The notes beneath the pieces are model-generated. The model saw only the letters and a list, made by a program, of their open reading frames with translations, was not told the origin of the DNA and searched no databases. 38,982 bases of DNA from an uncultured Verrucomicrobiota bacterium (lineage in GTDB: Bacteria; Verrucomicrobiota; Verrucomicrobiia; Limisphaerales; UBA8199). The translations under genes were made by a program, and so were the position numbers. Of the stretch, positions 17,094-25,368 are shown one piece after another (the first letter of the stretch is position 1; the number at the start of each line of letters is the position of its first letter). The stretch lies in the NCBI GenBank assembly GCA_964531815.1, contig CAZHEW010000002.1, positions 1-38,982 of the forward strand, read 5' to 3'.

Positions 17094-19337
17094 ATGAAGA
17101 ACCGCGGATTGTTACCGATCCTCTCCTGTTTGGCTTTTCTCACAGCCAGCGCCGCCGAAGCAGCCACGCTTTCGTTTGAGGACATCCGACTTTGGGCCGG
17201 CAGCGGCACGAACCGGGCCGCGATGGCCGTTCACTGGACCGAGCCCGAGATCCGCAACAATGCCAGTGTGCCCAATCCGGTCGCGGACAAGTCCATCGCC
17301 TGGGGCTTTCGCTGGAATGGAACCGCCAGCGGCGAAGACATGTTCAACGCCATCCTGGCCGCGGACCCGCGGTTGTTCGTGGCGGCCAGCGGCGCCACAG
17401 CTTATGGCAAAGCGGTGTTCGGGATCGGTTACGATCTCAACAACAACCGCGTCCTCGGGCTCCGGGACGGCACGAGCATTCTGGCCGCGTTGTCCCTCAC
17501 CAACGCGCCCTCGGCCTTTACCAACGGCCTGGCAACGATGAGTTACGGCGACACGGACGCCTTTCAATCGCTCGATCCCACGGACCTCTATTGGGGCGGG
17601 TGGTACGGCCCGAGCTGGGAACTGTGGCACGAGTCGGGAGGCAACGGCGGCTTCACCAACGCGCCCGAACGCGGATCAAGCCCGTATTGGACGCCCGATG
17701 ACCCGGACATGCCCTGGACCGGCAACCACGGGCAATGGCACCTCTCGGATGTCGGCATGTCGGGCATCGTGTTGAAAGATGGTTCCTGGATGGGCTGGTC
17801 GGTCGCTGCCGGCGGGCTGGACTTCAATAATCCTGGAGACCCGGGCACGGTGGCCTGGGGATTGCATAAGCACGCGCCTGCCCCGCCTGAGTCCGCGCCG
17901 GAGCTCATCAGCCCTTACGCGGTCGCCTTGACCGATTCTGCGGGGCCATTTGGGCCGGGCTTGTATGGCGATCCCGCCTGCGTGGTGGGCCAACCCTCCA
18001 CCTTGTTGCTCAACGACCATTTCATCGTCGGCAGCAACCGGCATCACATCAAGATCGTCGAGACGGCCTACAACACGGACGTTGACGGCAACAAGGTCAT
18101 CGTCACGCTCAACCGTACCGGCACCAGCGGCGCCTACACCTACGGCTATGTCACGGTGGCATTCGATCATCCCGTCACAAACGATCCCGCTAATCCTTAC
18201 GGGATTGACTTCGAGGTGTTTGGCAACGCGTTTTATGTGGGCGGCGGCACTGCGGGCGGCTACGTGAGCGATAGCACGGACATGCGGACCTGCTATCTCG
18301 CCGGGGGCATCTTCCCCGAGCCGATGCTCGTATCGGTCAGCCCCGACGGCGCGCAGTGGTACACTTACACGAACGGCCCGTACTGCGACGCGGCGTTTCC
18401 CACCCAGGGCTTCGAGTGGGATCCGGGACTGCACGACTCCACCGGCAGCGGCTGGACGATGAAGCAGGCGGACTTTACCAAGCCGGTGAACCCGGCGCTC
18501 GCCGGCCTGTTGGGCGCGATGGGCGCCAACTTGCCGACGTACGACGCCCTGAAGCTCTATGCCGGCTCGGGCGGTGGCACGGGTTTCGACCTTGCTGAAT
18601 CCGGATTCGACTCCATTCAGTACATCCGTGTCTCGGCGGCAGCGGGATACTACGGCGGAGAGGTGGACGCCTTTTCGGACGTGCGCCCGGCTGTGCTCGG
18701 CGAGAGCCTTTGCGTCGCGCCCGCCAACACGACCAACGGAACCGGCACGCTTCGCTTCCGGGAACCGGGCAACCCGGCTGCGAACGTCGTAGCGCTGACC
18801 TTCAACGAGGTGGCGGACATTGCGCTGGCCACAGTTTCAAGGTTCCAGAACGAACCCGCCCTCGCGGCCCTTTCCGGAACAAAGATCGAAGCCGTCAACC
18901 TGCACGTTGCCACCGCCATCGAAACCAACGAGGTTGCCTTCGACGCGGACGTCGCGATCAACGTCGCCCCGCATTACGCCGCGGGCGGCGCCGATCTGGA
19001 CGTGCTGGGTTGGGACGGCACCAACTGGACGCGGACGCCCTTCGAGTTCAGCGCGAGCACAGGCACGGCGGTCCTGAACGGGATCGGCGCTTCCGCCGCC
19101 TTCGCGGTAATCCAAGTCACACCGCCGCGACTGGCCATGAGCCCGGCTGCCGGAGGTTTTGACTTCGAATTCACCCCGGTGACAGGCTGGGCCCACACGC
19201 TCGAAAGCACGACCAACTGGGTGAACTGGGCCAACGTCACCAACGTGACACCTGCGGACGCGCAAACCGTGGTGCTGTCAGACCCGGCGCCGCCACAACC
19301 TCAGTCGTTCTACCGCCTGCGCCTGAACCGGCCGTGA
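17094..19337 (+). CDS. large secreted protein of unknown function (747 aa)
   Basis: GGAGG lies 4 nt upstream of ATG 17094. Signal peptide [23 protein letters not shown]. The N-terminal module is homologous to the preceding PEP-CTERM protein. Central region has FEVFGN...VSVSPDG...GGGTGFDL...YIRV...GEVDAF. C-terminus ends in FYRLRLNRP. Confidence 0.75.
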   Translation: MKNRGLLPILSCLAFLTASAAEAATLSFEDIRLWAGSGTNRAAMAVHWTEPEIRNNASVPNPVADKSIAWGFRWNGTASGEDMFNAILAADPRLFVAASGATAYGKAVFGIGYDLNNNRVLGLRDGTSILAALSLTNAPSAFTNGLATMSYGDTDAFQSLDPTDLYWGGWYGPSWELWHESGGNGGFTNAPERGSSPYWTPDDPDMPWTGNHGQWHLSDVGMSGIVLKDGSWMGWSVAAGGLDFNNPGDPGTVAWGLHKHAPAPPESAPELISPYAVALTDSAGPFGPGLYGDPACVVGQPSTLLLNDHFIVGSNRHHIKIVETAYNTDVDGNKVIVTLNRTGTSGAYTYGYVTVAFDHPVTNDPANPYGIDFEVFGNAFYVGGGTAGGYVSDSTDMRTCYLAGGIFPEPMLVSVSPDGAQWYTYTNGPYCDAAFPTQGFEWDPGLHDSTGSGWTMKQADFTKPVNPALAGLLGAMGANLPTYDALKLYAGSGGGTGFDLAESGFDSIQYIRVSAAAGYYGGEVDAFSDVRPAVLGESLCVAPANTTNGTGTLRFREPGNPAANVVALTFNEVADIALATVSRFQNEPALAALSGTKIEAVNLHVATAIETNEVAFDADVAINVAPHYAAGGADLDVLGWDGTNWTRTPFEFSASTGTAVLNGIGASAAFAVIQVTPPRLAMSPAAGGFDFEFTPVTGWAHTLESTTNWVNWANVTNVTPADAQTVVLSDPAPPQPQSFYRLRLNRP

Positions 19338-19372
19338 GCTGTAACGCCATCAGGATTTGGACATCGCCAGGT

Positions 19373-20176
19373 ATGAACCGGCCCGCCCATGCAGCCGACC
19401 CTGGAAGGGTTGCCCGGGGATTCTCTGGCGATGTTCCGCCGGGGCGGCGGCGGGGATTCACCCTGATCGAGTTGCTCGTGGTCATCGCCATTATCGCCCT
19501 TCTGGCGGCGCTGTTGTTGCCGGCGTTGAGCCGCTCCAAAACCACGGCGCAACGCATCCAATGCGTGAGCAACCTTCACCAAATGGGCATTGCCGCGCAC
19601 CTCTATGTGGATGACAACGGCGGTTTCTACCCTGTCGCTTATTGGTACGGCACGGTCAACGGCGTGATGGCCGCCATCTCCTGGGATTTGACCACGGTGC
19701 AAGGAAATCCGCCCGCGGTCACTCCCGGTCTGCTCTGGCAAAGCCAGGGCAACAAGCAGATTCAACAATGCCCGTCGTTCACCGGCGGCGCCAACTGGCT
19801 CGTGGACCCCTACACCGGCTACAACTACAACACCAGCTACCTCGGCCACGGCCAATATGAGAACATCCAACAATCTGCCAGGGCTGCCGAGGTGCGGCGC
19901 CCGAACCAGACGCTCCTGTTCGGCGACGGCCAATACTCCGCCGGCGCGAACAAGTTCATGCGCGCCCCGTGGCCAAATCCCGCCGACGATTCGTTCCGCG
20001 GCCGGTGGGCGGGCACCCAGGGCTTCCGCCACTTAAAGAAAAGCAACGCCGCATTCTGCGATGGCCACGCCGAGTCAATGCGCGCGCGCTTCACCGACAA
20101 CGAAGACGGCGCGGCCAACGTCGCCGCCGGCACCGGGTTCCTTTCCGCCGACAACTCCCTTTACGACCTCGAATGA
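19373..20176 (+). CDS. prepilin-type N-terminal cleavage/methylation domain protein, H-X9-DG (DUF1559-like) family
   Basis: [25 protein letters not shown] pilin-like N-terminus. C-terminal [13 protein letters not shown] matches H-X9-DG. Start is either ATG 19373 or GTG 19334, which overlaps the upstream stop (GTGA). Confidence 0.85.
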   Translation: MNRPAHAADPGRVARGFSGDVPPGRRRGFTLIELLVVIAIIALLAALLLPALSRSKTTAQRIQCVSNLHQMGIAAHLYVDDNGGFYPVAYWYGTVNGVMAAISWDLTTVQGNPPAVTPGLLWQSQGNKQIQQCPSFTGGANWLVDPYTGYNYNTSYLGHGQYENIQQSARAAEVRRPNQTLLFGDGQYSAGANKFMRAPWPNPADDSFRGRWAGTQGFRHLKKSNAAFCDGHAESMRARFTDNEDGAANVAAGTGFLSADNSLYDLE

Positions 20177-20327
20177 ATCTTCCATCTGCTCCAGGCAAAA
20201 TCCGGCAGCGACTCCCGCGGCTTGAGCGCCTTGGCCCGGGCCGGATTCAAGCGCGCGTCATCCCAACCCGTCTTGAGATGCCTGTTGCCGCTTCCATCGC
20301 GGCGCCCCACCCGCTACATTGGAGCTG

Positions 20328-21113
20328 ATGTCCGACACGCTGGTCGTCAACGAGATCTACCTAAGCCTGCAAGGGGAAAGCACGTTTGCGGGGCTGCCGT
20401 GCATATTTGTCCGGCTCACCGGTTGCGACCTGCGCTGCTCGTACTGCGACACGGCTTACGCGTTCGCCGCCGGAACCAGGCGGTCACTGGCGGATATACG
20501 CGCTGAAGTCCGCCGCCTTGCAAAGCCGTACGACCGAACCCGGGCGCGGAGCGCGCCGCGCGGAATTCGGCTTGGCGTCGTGCCCGCGCTGGCCGCCGGG
20601 GGCAGGCTGCCGCTCGTCGAACTCACGGGCGGCGAGCCCTTGTTGCAGAAGACTTCCCTGCCGCTCATGCGGGCGCTGTGCGACGACGGGTTCACCGTCC
20701 TGCTCGAAACCAGCGGCGCGTGCGACATTTCGCCCGTGGACCCGCGCGTGCGGCGCATCATGGACCTCAAATGCCCCAGCAGCGGCGAGGTGGCGCGCAA
20801 CCGGTGGGAGAACCTGGCCCGCCTGCAGCCCGCGGACGAGATCAAGTTCGTTATCGCCACGCGGCAGGATTACGCGTGGGCCAAAGCCTGCATCACGCGG
20901 CGCAAGCTGGCCGCTATTTGTCCGCTGCTGTTCTCGTGGGCGCAGCCCCTGGCAGCCGGGCAGCGGCACAGGTCGCTCAAGAAAGTGCCGCCGGGCCACA
21001 CGCCGATCTCGCGCCGGGAGCTGGCCGAGAGGATTACCGCCGACGCATTGCCGGTGCGCTTTCAAGTGCAGTTGCACAAGGTGATCTGGGCCCCGGACGC
21101 AAAGGGAGTCTGA
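20328..21113 (+). CDS. queE: 7-carboxy-7-deazaguanine synthase (radical SAM)
   Basis: VNEIYLSLQGESTFAGLPCIFVRLTGCDLRCSYCDT (CxxxCxxC cluster in QueE context) and LTGGEPLLQ. GGAG lies 3 nt upstream of ATG 20328. Confidence 0.8.
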   Translation: MSDTLVVNEIYLSLQGESTFAGLPCIFVRLTGCDLRCSYCDTAYAFAAGTRRSLADIRAEVRRLAKPYDRTRARSAPRGIRLGVVPALAAGGRLPLVELTGGEPLLQKTSLPLMRALCDDGFTVLLETSGACDISPVDPRVRRIMDLKCPSSGEVARNRWENLARLQPADEIKFVIATRQDYAWAKACITRRKLAAICPLLFSWAQPLAAGQRHRSLKKVPPGHTPISRRELAERITADALPVRFQVQLHKVIWAPDAKGV

Positions 21114-21119
21114 CAGCCG

Positions 21120-22520
21120 ATGACCACCCGCCATACATTGGCCCTGCTGCGCGCCTATGAATCGCGCAACGTCACGTTCCTCGACCCGGACGGCTTCTGG
21201 CCCATCGTTTGGGAACGGGCGCAGGGGTCGCACGTCTGGGACGCGGACGGGAAGAAGTACTTGGATTTGACCGCCGCCTTCGGCGTGGCTGCGGCGGGGC
21301 ACGCCAATCCGCGCGTGGTCAGGGCCGGGCAAAGGCAAATGGCAAGGCTGCTTCACGCTATGGGCGACGTCCACCCGCACGCGCTCAAGGCGCAACTGGC
21401 CCGCGAGTTGAGCCGAATTACGTTCGAGCGATGGCAAGCGAAGTCTAAAGGCCTCGGCCCGCGCGCGCCGGTGATCACGGGCAAGACGATCTTCTGCAAC
21501 TCCGGCTTCGAGGCCGTGGAGGCGGCGCTCAAGACCGCGCTGCTGGCCACGGACAAGAAGGGGGTGATCGCTTTCGAGGGCGCTTATCATGGGCTTGGCT
21601 ACGGCGCGCTCAATGTCACGCAGCGGGCGCACTTCCGGTCGCCGTTCCGCGCCCAGTTGCGCGACTTCGGACACTTTGTGCCGTTCCCGCGATCGAGCCA
21701 GACGTATGCCCTGGCGGCCGTCGAATCCGCGGTCCGGCGCCTGTTCCGGGGCGGGCGCATTGGAGCGGTCCTTGTCGAGCCCATCCAGGTCCGCGGCGGT
21801 GTGAACATTCCGCCGCCGGGCTTCCTGCCCCTGTTGCGCCGGCTCTGCGACCAGCACCGGGCGCTGCTGGTCCTGGATGAAATCTATACCGGGTTCGGCC
21901 GCACCGGTAAGTGGTTTGCCTGCGAGCATTCCGGGACGGTGCCGGACGTGATTTGCCTGGGCAAGGCCTTGACGGGCGGCTTCCCGCTGTCGGCCTGCGT
22001 CGGGCGCGGCGACCTGATGGATGCCGCGTGGCCGCCGTCGGGCGGAGAGGCGATTCACACCAGCACGTTTCTGGGCCACCCGGTCGGCTGCGCGATGGCG
22101 CTGGCGCAGATTCGAGAAATGAAGCGATTGAAGGTGGCGCAGCGCAGCGGCAGGTTGGGCAAGGTTCTGCTTTCCGCTCTCTCGGCGCTTGCGCGCGGCC
22201 GCGGAGTTCAACACCCCGCAGCCGCCGGTGTCCACCGGCGCCGTGTCCCATGCGCCGCGAGTGCGCCGGCTAACTTCAGCGGCTGCCAACTGCATGTCCG
22301 CGGCCTTGGTCTGCTGGCCGGCGTGGAAGTCCGCCACGCGGACGGCTCCCCGGCCACAGACGCCGTGCTCCGGGTCGTGAAGGCGCTGCTTCGGCGCGGG
22401 TTCATCTTGCTGCCGGAAGGCGAGCATTCCAGTGTCATCGGCTTCACCCCGCCGCTGACCATCTCCGCCGGCCAACTGCAGGCGGCAGTGGCTGCGCTGC
22501 GCGACGAATGCGCTGGTTGA
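21120..22520 (+). CDS. class-III pyridoxal-phosphate-dependent aminotransferase
   Basis: LLVLDEIYTGFGRTGKWFACEHSGTVPDVICLGKALTGG (PLP-lysine region) and FCNSGFEAVEAALK. Substrate not assignable. Confidence 0.8.
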   Translation: MTTRHTLALLRAYESRNVTFLDPDGFWPIVWERAQGSHVWDADGKKYLDLTAAFGVAAAGHANPRVVRAGQRQMARLLHAMGDVHPHALKAQLARELSRITFERWQAKSKGLGPRAPVITGKTIFCNSGFEAVEAALKTALLATDKKGVIAFEGAYHGLGYGALNVTQRAHFRSPFRAQLRDFGHFVPFPRSSQTYALAAVESAVRRLFRGGRIGAVLVEPIQVRGGVNIPPPGFLPLLRRLCDQHRALLVLDEIYTGFGRTGKWFACEHSGTVPDVICLGKALTGGFPLSACVGRGDLMDAAWPPSGGEAIHTSTFLGHPVGCAMALAQIREMKRLKVAQRSGRLGKVLLSALSALARGRGVQHPAAAGVHRRRVPCAASAPANFSGCQLHVRGLGLLAGVEVRHADGSPATDAVLRVVKALLRRGFILLPEGEHSSVIGFTPPLTISAGQLQAAVAALRDECAG

Positions 22521-22539
22521 GTTCGGCGGCTGCCCGGGC

Positions 22540-23382
22540 ATGAAACTCACGGAAATGAAGCGACTCCTTGCGGCGCGCGGCATCCGCCTGACAAAGTCGC
22601 TGGGGCAAAACTTCCTGCACGACGCCAACCAGTTGCAGCGCATCGTGGCAGCGGCCGAACTGAGCAAGTCGGATCGCGTGCTGGAAATCGGGCCGGGCCT
22701 TGGGCCGCTGACCGAACTGCTGCTGGCGCAGGCAGGCGAGGTCCTGGCCATCGAAAAGGACGCCAAATTGGCGCAGGTCCTTCAGGAGCGCTGGCCGGCC
22801 AGGGATGACGCGGCGCCCGCGCTCCGGATACTCCAGGACGACGCGCTCGACTACCTGGCCCGCGAAGCGCGCGATTGGAGCGAGTGGAAGCTGGTGGCCA
22901 ACCTGCCCTATTCGGTTGCCTCGCCAATTCTGGTGGAACTGGCCGGCACGCGCGGGCCGCGGCGGATGGTTGCCACGCTCCAACTCGAGGTCGCCAGGCG
23001 CCTCATGGCCGGGCCGGGAGGGGCCGATTACGGCGTGCTGACGCTGCTGGTGCAACTGAACTACCTGCCGCAGACCTGGTTCAGGATTCCCGCCAGTTGC
23101 TTCTTCCCGGAGCCGGATGTGGATTCGGCCTGCGTCTGCCTGGTGCGCCGCGAGCGCCCCTTGCTGCCACCGGAACAGCGGGACGCATTCGCCCGCATCG
23201 TCAAGCGCAGCTTCTCCCAGCGCCGCAAGATGATGTTCAAACTGCTGAAAGCGGACTGGCCCGAGCCCCGCCTCGCCGCCTTGTTCGCCCAAGTCGGACT
23301 CTCCCCCCAAATCCGCGCCGAAGCCGTGTCCCTCGAACAATTTGCCCAGCTCACCGCATTGCTGTTAAATAGCCCCCAATGA
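22540..23382 (+). CDS. rsmA: 16S rRNA (adenine1518/1519-N6)-dimethyltransferase
   Basis: LGQNFLHD, VLEIGPGLGPLT (SAM motif), ANLPYSVASPIL. Confidence 0.9.
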   Translation: MKLTEMKRLLAARGIRLTKSLGQNFLHDANQLQRIVAAAELSKSDRVLEIGPGLGPLTELLLAQAGEVLAIEKDAKLAQVLQERWPARDDAAPALRILQDDALDYLAREARDWSEWKLVANLPYSVASPILVELAGTRGPRRMVATLQLEVARRLMAGPGGADYGVLTLLVQLNYLPQTWFRIPASCFFPEPDVDSACVCLVRRERPLLPPEQRDAFARIVKRSFSQRRKMMFKLLKADWPEPRLAALFAQVGLSPQIRAEAVSLEQFAQLTALLLNSPQ

Positions 23383-23894
23383 ACTCCCGCTGCCTGCCGA
23401 TAGTCGCCAGTGTCCTGTGCCTGCTTGCCGGCGACGGCTGCCGGCCATCCGCTTCCGAGCCGGCCACCCGGGCTGAAGCCGAGGAAATCTACAGCCGCAC
23501 CAGGTGGTACTTTGCCCCCCAGGTTGCCTTCTCCAATCTCGTGCCTCCGTGGCGAACCCCGGACACGTCTCCCGATAGCAGTAACCAGACATTCTTCGAT
23601 TTGGCTTCCGGAACGCGCATCATCTACACCGAGTATCTCCCCAGTTCCAGTCTCAAAGCCTTCCAGGGCCGCGGCCAGCTCGAATCAATCCCCCAGGCCG
23701 CCGGCCCAATTTACCGGCTGGAGAACTCCTACACCGCCGCCAATCCCGACGCCGTTATGCTCGTCGGCTTCTGCGGCAAGCGCAGATTCGTTGTCCAGGC
23801 CCGGGGGCCCAACCAGCAAGTCGTTCTGGCCGACGCGCTCTCCCTGGCCACCAATGCCTTGGCGAGCCTGCGGAACCAAGCCCGCTGTCCCTAA
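23379..23894 (+). CDS. hypothetical secreted protein or lipoprotein
   Basis: ATGA overlap with the rsmA stop. N-terminal MNSRCLPIVASVLCLLAGDGC (signal with Cys). No family motif recognised. Confidence 0.5.
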   Translation: MNSRCLPIVASVLCLLAGDGCRPSASEPATRAEAEEIYSRTRWYFAPQVAFSNLVPPWRTPDTSPDSSNQTFFDLASGTRIIYTEYLPSSSLKAFQGRGQLESIPQAAGPIYRLENSYTAANPDAVMLVGFCGKRRFVVQARGPNQQVVLADALSLATNALASLRNQARCP

Positions 23895-23895
23895 C

Positions 23896-24396
23896 GTGAA
23901 GGAAGAGATATTCGACGTTGTCAACGAACGGGACGAGGTCATCGGCCGACAGGCTCGCAGTGAAGTGCATCGCATGGGGTTGATGCACCGGGCCGTGCAT
24001 GTGCTGGTCTTCAACCCGGCCGGGCAGGTCTTCCTCCAAAAGCGCTCGATGTCAAAGGACCGCCAGCCCGGCTTGTGGGATTCATCCGCCTCGGGCCACG
24101 TGAACGCCGGCGAAGATTACGATGCCTGTGCGGCGCGCGAACTCAGCGAGGAATTGGGCCTCCATTTGAATATCCCGCCCCGGCGGCTCTTCAAGCTCGC
24201 AGCCTGCGCCGAAACGGACCAGGAACACGTCTGGGTCTATCGTTGCAAGTCGGAAGGGCCGTTCCGGCTGCACCCCGCCGAAATCGAGCGCGGTGGCTGG
24301 TTTGCGCCCGGGGAAGTCACGCGCTGGATGGACGAACGGCCCCAGGAGCTTGCGTCGGTGCTGCGGGTGATCTGGCGGCGGCTGACGCCGGCTTGA
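23896..24396 (+). CDS. NUDIX hydrolase
   Basis: Nudix box GHVNAGEDYDACAARELSEELGL (Gx5Ex7REUxEExGU). GTG start at 23896, one nt after the previous stop. The ORF-track extension to 23410 overlaps the upstream gene and is Pro/Arg-rich. Confidence 0.8.
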   Translation: MKEEIFDVVNERDEVIGRQARSEVHRMGLMHRAVHVLVFNPAGQVFLQKRSMSKDRQPGLWDSSASGHVNAGEDYDACAARELSEELGLHLNIPPRRLFKLAACAETDQEHVWVYRCKSEGPFRLHPAEIERGGWFAPGEVTRWMDERPQELASVLRVIWRRLTPA

Positions 24397-24475
24397 GGCC
24401 CCGGGCAGGCTGGCGCCCGGGGCGGAAACCGCCCCGACGACGTTGTTCTCTCCCCATGCAGAGCCACAGGGTAGC

Positions 24476-24538
24476 TCCTACATGGCTCCCACATGGCTTA
24501 ATAGAAATTCTATTAAGCCATGTGGGAGCCATGTGGGA
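24476..24538. repeat. 63-nt near-perfect palindrome (31-bp arms, 1-nt centre, one G-T mismatch)
   Basis: TCCTACATGGCTCCCACATGGCTTAATAGAA a TTCTATTAAGCCATGTGGGAGCCATGTGGGA. Contains ACATGGCT at 24480 and 24491 and AGCCATGT at 24516 and 24527. GTAG lies immediately 5' (24471-24474). Confidence 0.9.
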
Positions 24539-24721
24539 CGGGGGCAGGCGGGGGTTGGTTCCCGCCGGATTTGGCGTCCCGGAGCCGTTGATAACCGGGC
24601 CAGCCCTTCGACCTGCGCGGAGTCGAGGCAATAAGTTTCCGTATGCGCCCTTTTTTCCTGGCATCCGCTTGACCCTGGCATGGCCTTCCGCTAGGTTGCG
24701 GAAGCATAACGCATAGCTTTT

Positions 24722-25363
24722 ATGGATAATTTCCTGGTCCCAATGGTGGTGGAGCAAACCGGACGCGGCGAGCGCGGGTATGATATTTACTCGCGCCTGC
24801 TGGTGGATCGGATTGTGTTCCTGGGCACGCCGGTGGACGACATGGTGGCCAACCTGATTATCGCGCAACTGCTGTTCCTGCAGATGAGCGAGCCCAAAAA
24901 GGACATCCATCTCTACATCAATTCGCCGGGCGGGAGCGTCACCGCCGGGCTGGCGGTCTATGATACCATGCAGTTTCTCACCTGCGATGTGAACACCTAC
25001 TGCATCGGCCAGGCGGCGAGCATGGGAGCCGTGCTGTTGTGCGGCGGCACCAAGGGCAAGCGCTACGCGCTGCCGAACTCGAACATCATGATCCACCAGT
25101 TGCTGGGCGGCGCCGAAGGCCCGGCCAGCGACGTGGAAATCCGCGTGCGCTACATGCTGAAGCTCAAGCAGCGCATCAATAGCATCATCGCCAAGCACTG
25201 CGGCCGCTCGATAGAACAGGTCGAGAAAGACACCGACCGCGACAACTTCATGACCCCTGAAGAGGCCAAGGCGTATGGCCTGGTGGACGAAGTGGTGCAG
25301 TCTCGCAAGGAGATACCCGGCCTGGCCGAGAGGGCCACAAGCCTGGCGGACAAGAAGGAGTAA
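24722..25363 (+). CDS. clpP: ATP-dependent Clp protease proteolytic subunit
   Basis: [23 protein letters not shown] and [13 protein letters not shown] (catalytic Ser), MIHQ (His). Confidence 0.95.
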   Translation: MDNFLVPMVVEQTGRGERGYDIYSRLLVDRIVFLGTPVDDMVANLIIAQLLFLQMSEPKKDIHLYINSPGGSVTAGLAVYDTMQFLTCDVNTYCIGQAASMGAVLLCGGTKGKRYALPNSNIMIHQLLGGAEGPASDVEIRVRYMLKLKQRINSIIAKHCGRSIEQVEKDTDRDNFMTPEEAKAYGLVDEVVQSRKEIPGLAERATSLADKKE

Positions 25364-25368
25364 GCCCC

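Noticed and set aside
20177-21113. Whether queE and downstream genes belong to the B12-riboswitch regulon. Queuosine synthesis does include a B12-dependent step (QueG).
   Set aside because: QueE itself is not cobalamin-dependent. There is a ~150-nt gap with its own GGAG-ATG start, and the downstream genes (aminotransferase, rsmA, NUDIX) are housekeeping. Read-through cannot be excluded because no clear terminator was seen after 20176.
20484-22766. Very long antisense ORFs: 760 aa here, plus 31637..34132 (-) of 831 aa, 34069..35763 (-) of 564 aa, 29955..31352 (-), 25150..26262 (-), 8022..9191 (-), 4945..6153 (-) and 3716..4819 (+).
   Set aside because: Each lies opposite a gene with clear family motifs. 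Their translations are Arg/Pro/Gly/Ala/His-rich with no motifs. These are the typical stop-codon-poor shadow frames of high-GC DNA.
24443-24707. Small ORFs on both strands encoding near-identical peptides (MAPTWLNR.SIKPCGSHV).
   Set aside because: They mirror each other only because they read through the palindrome at 24476-24538. This is not evidence of coding.
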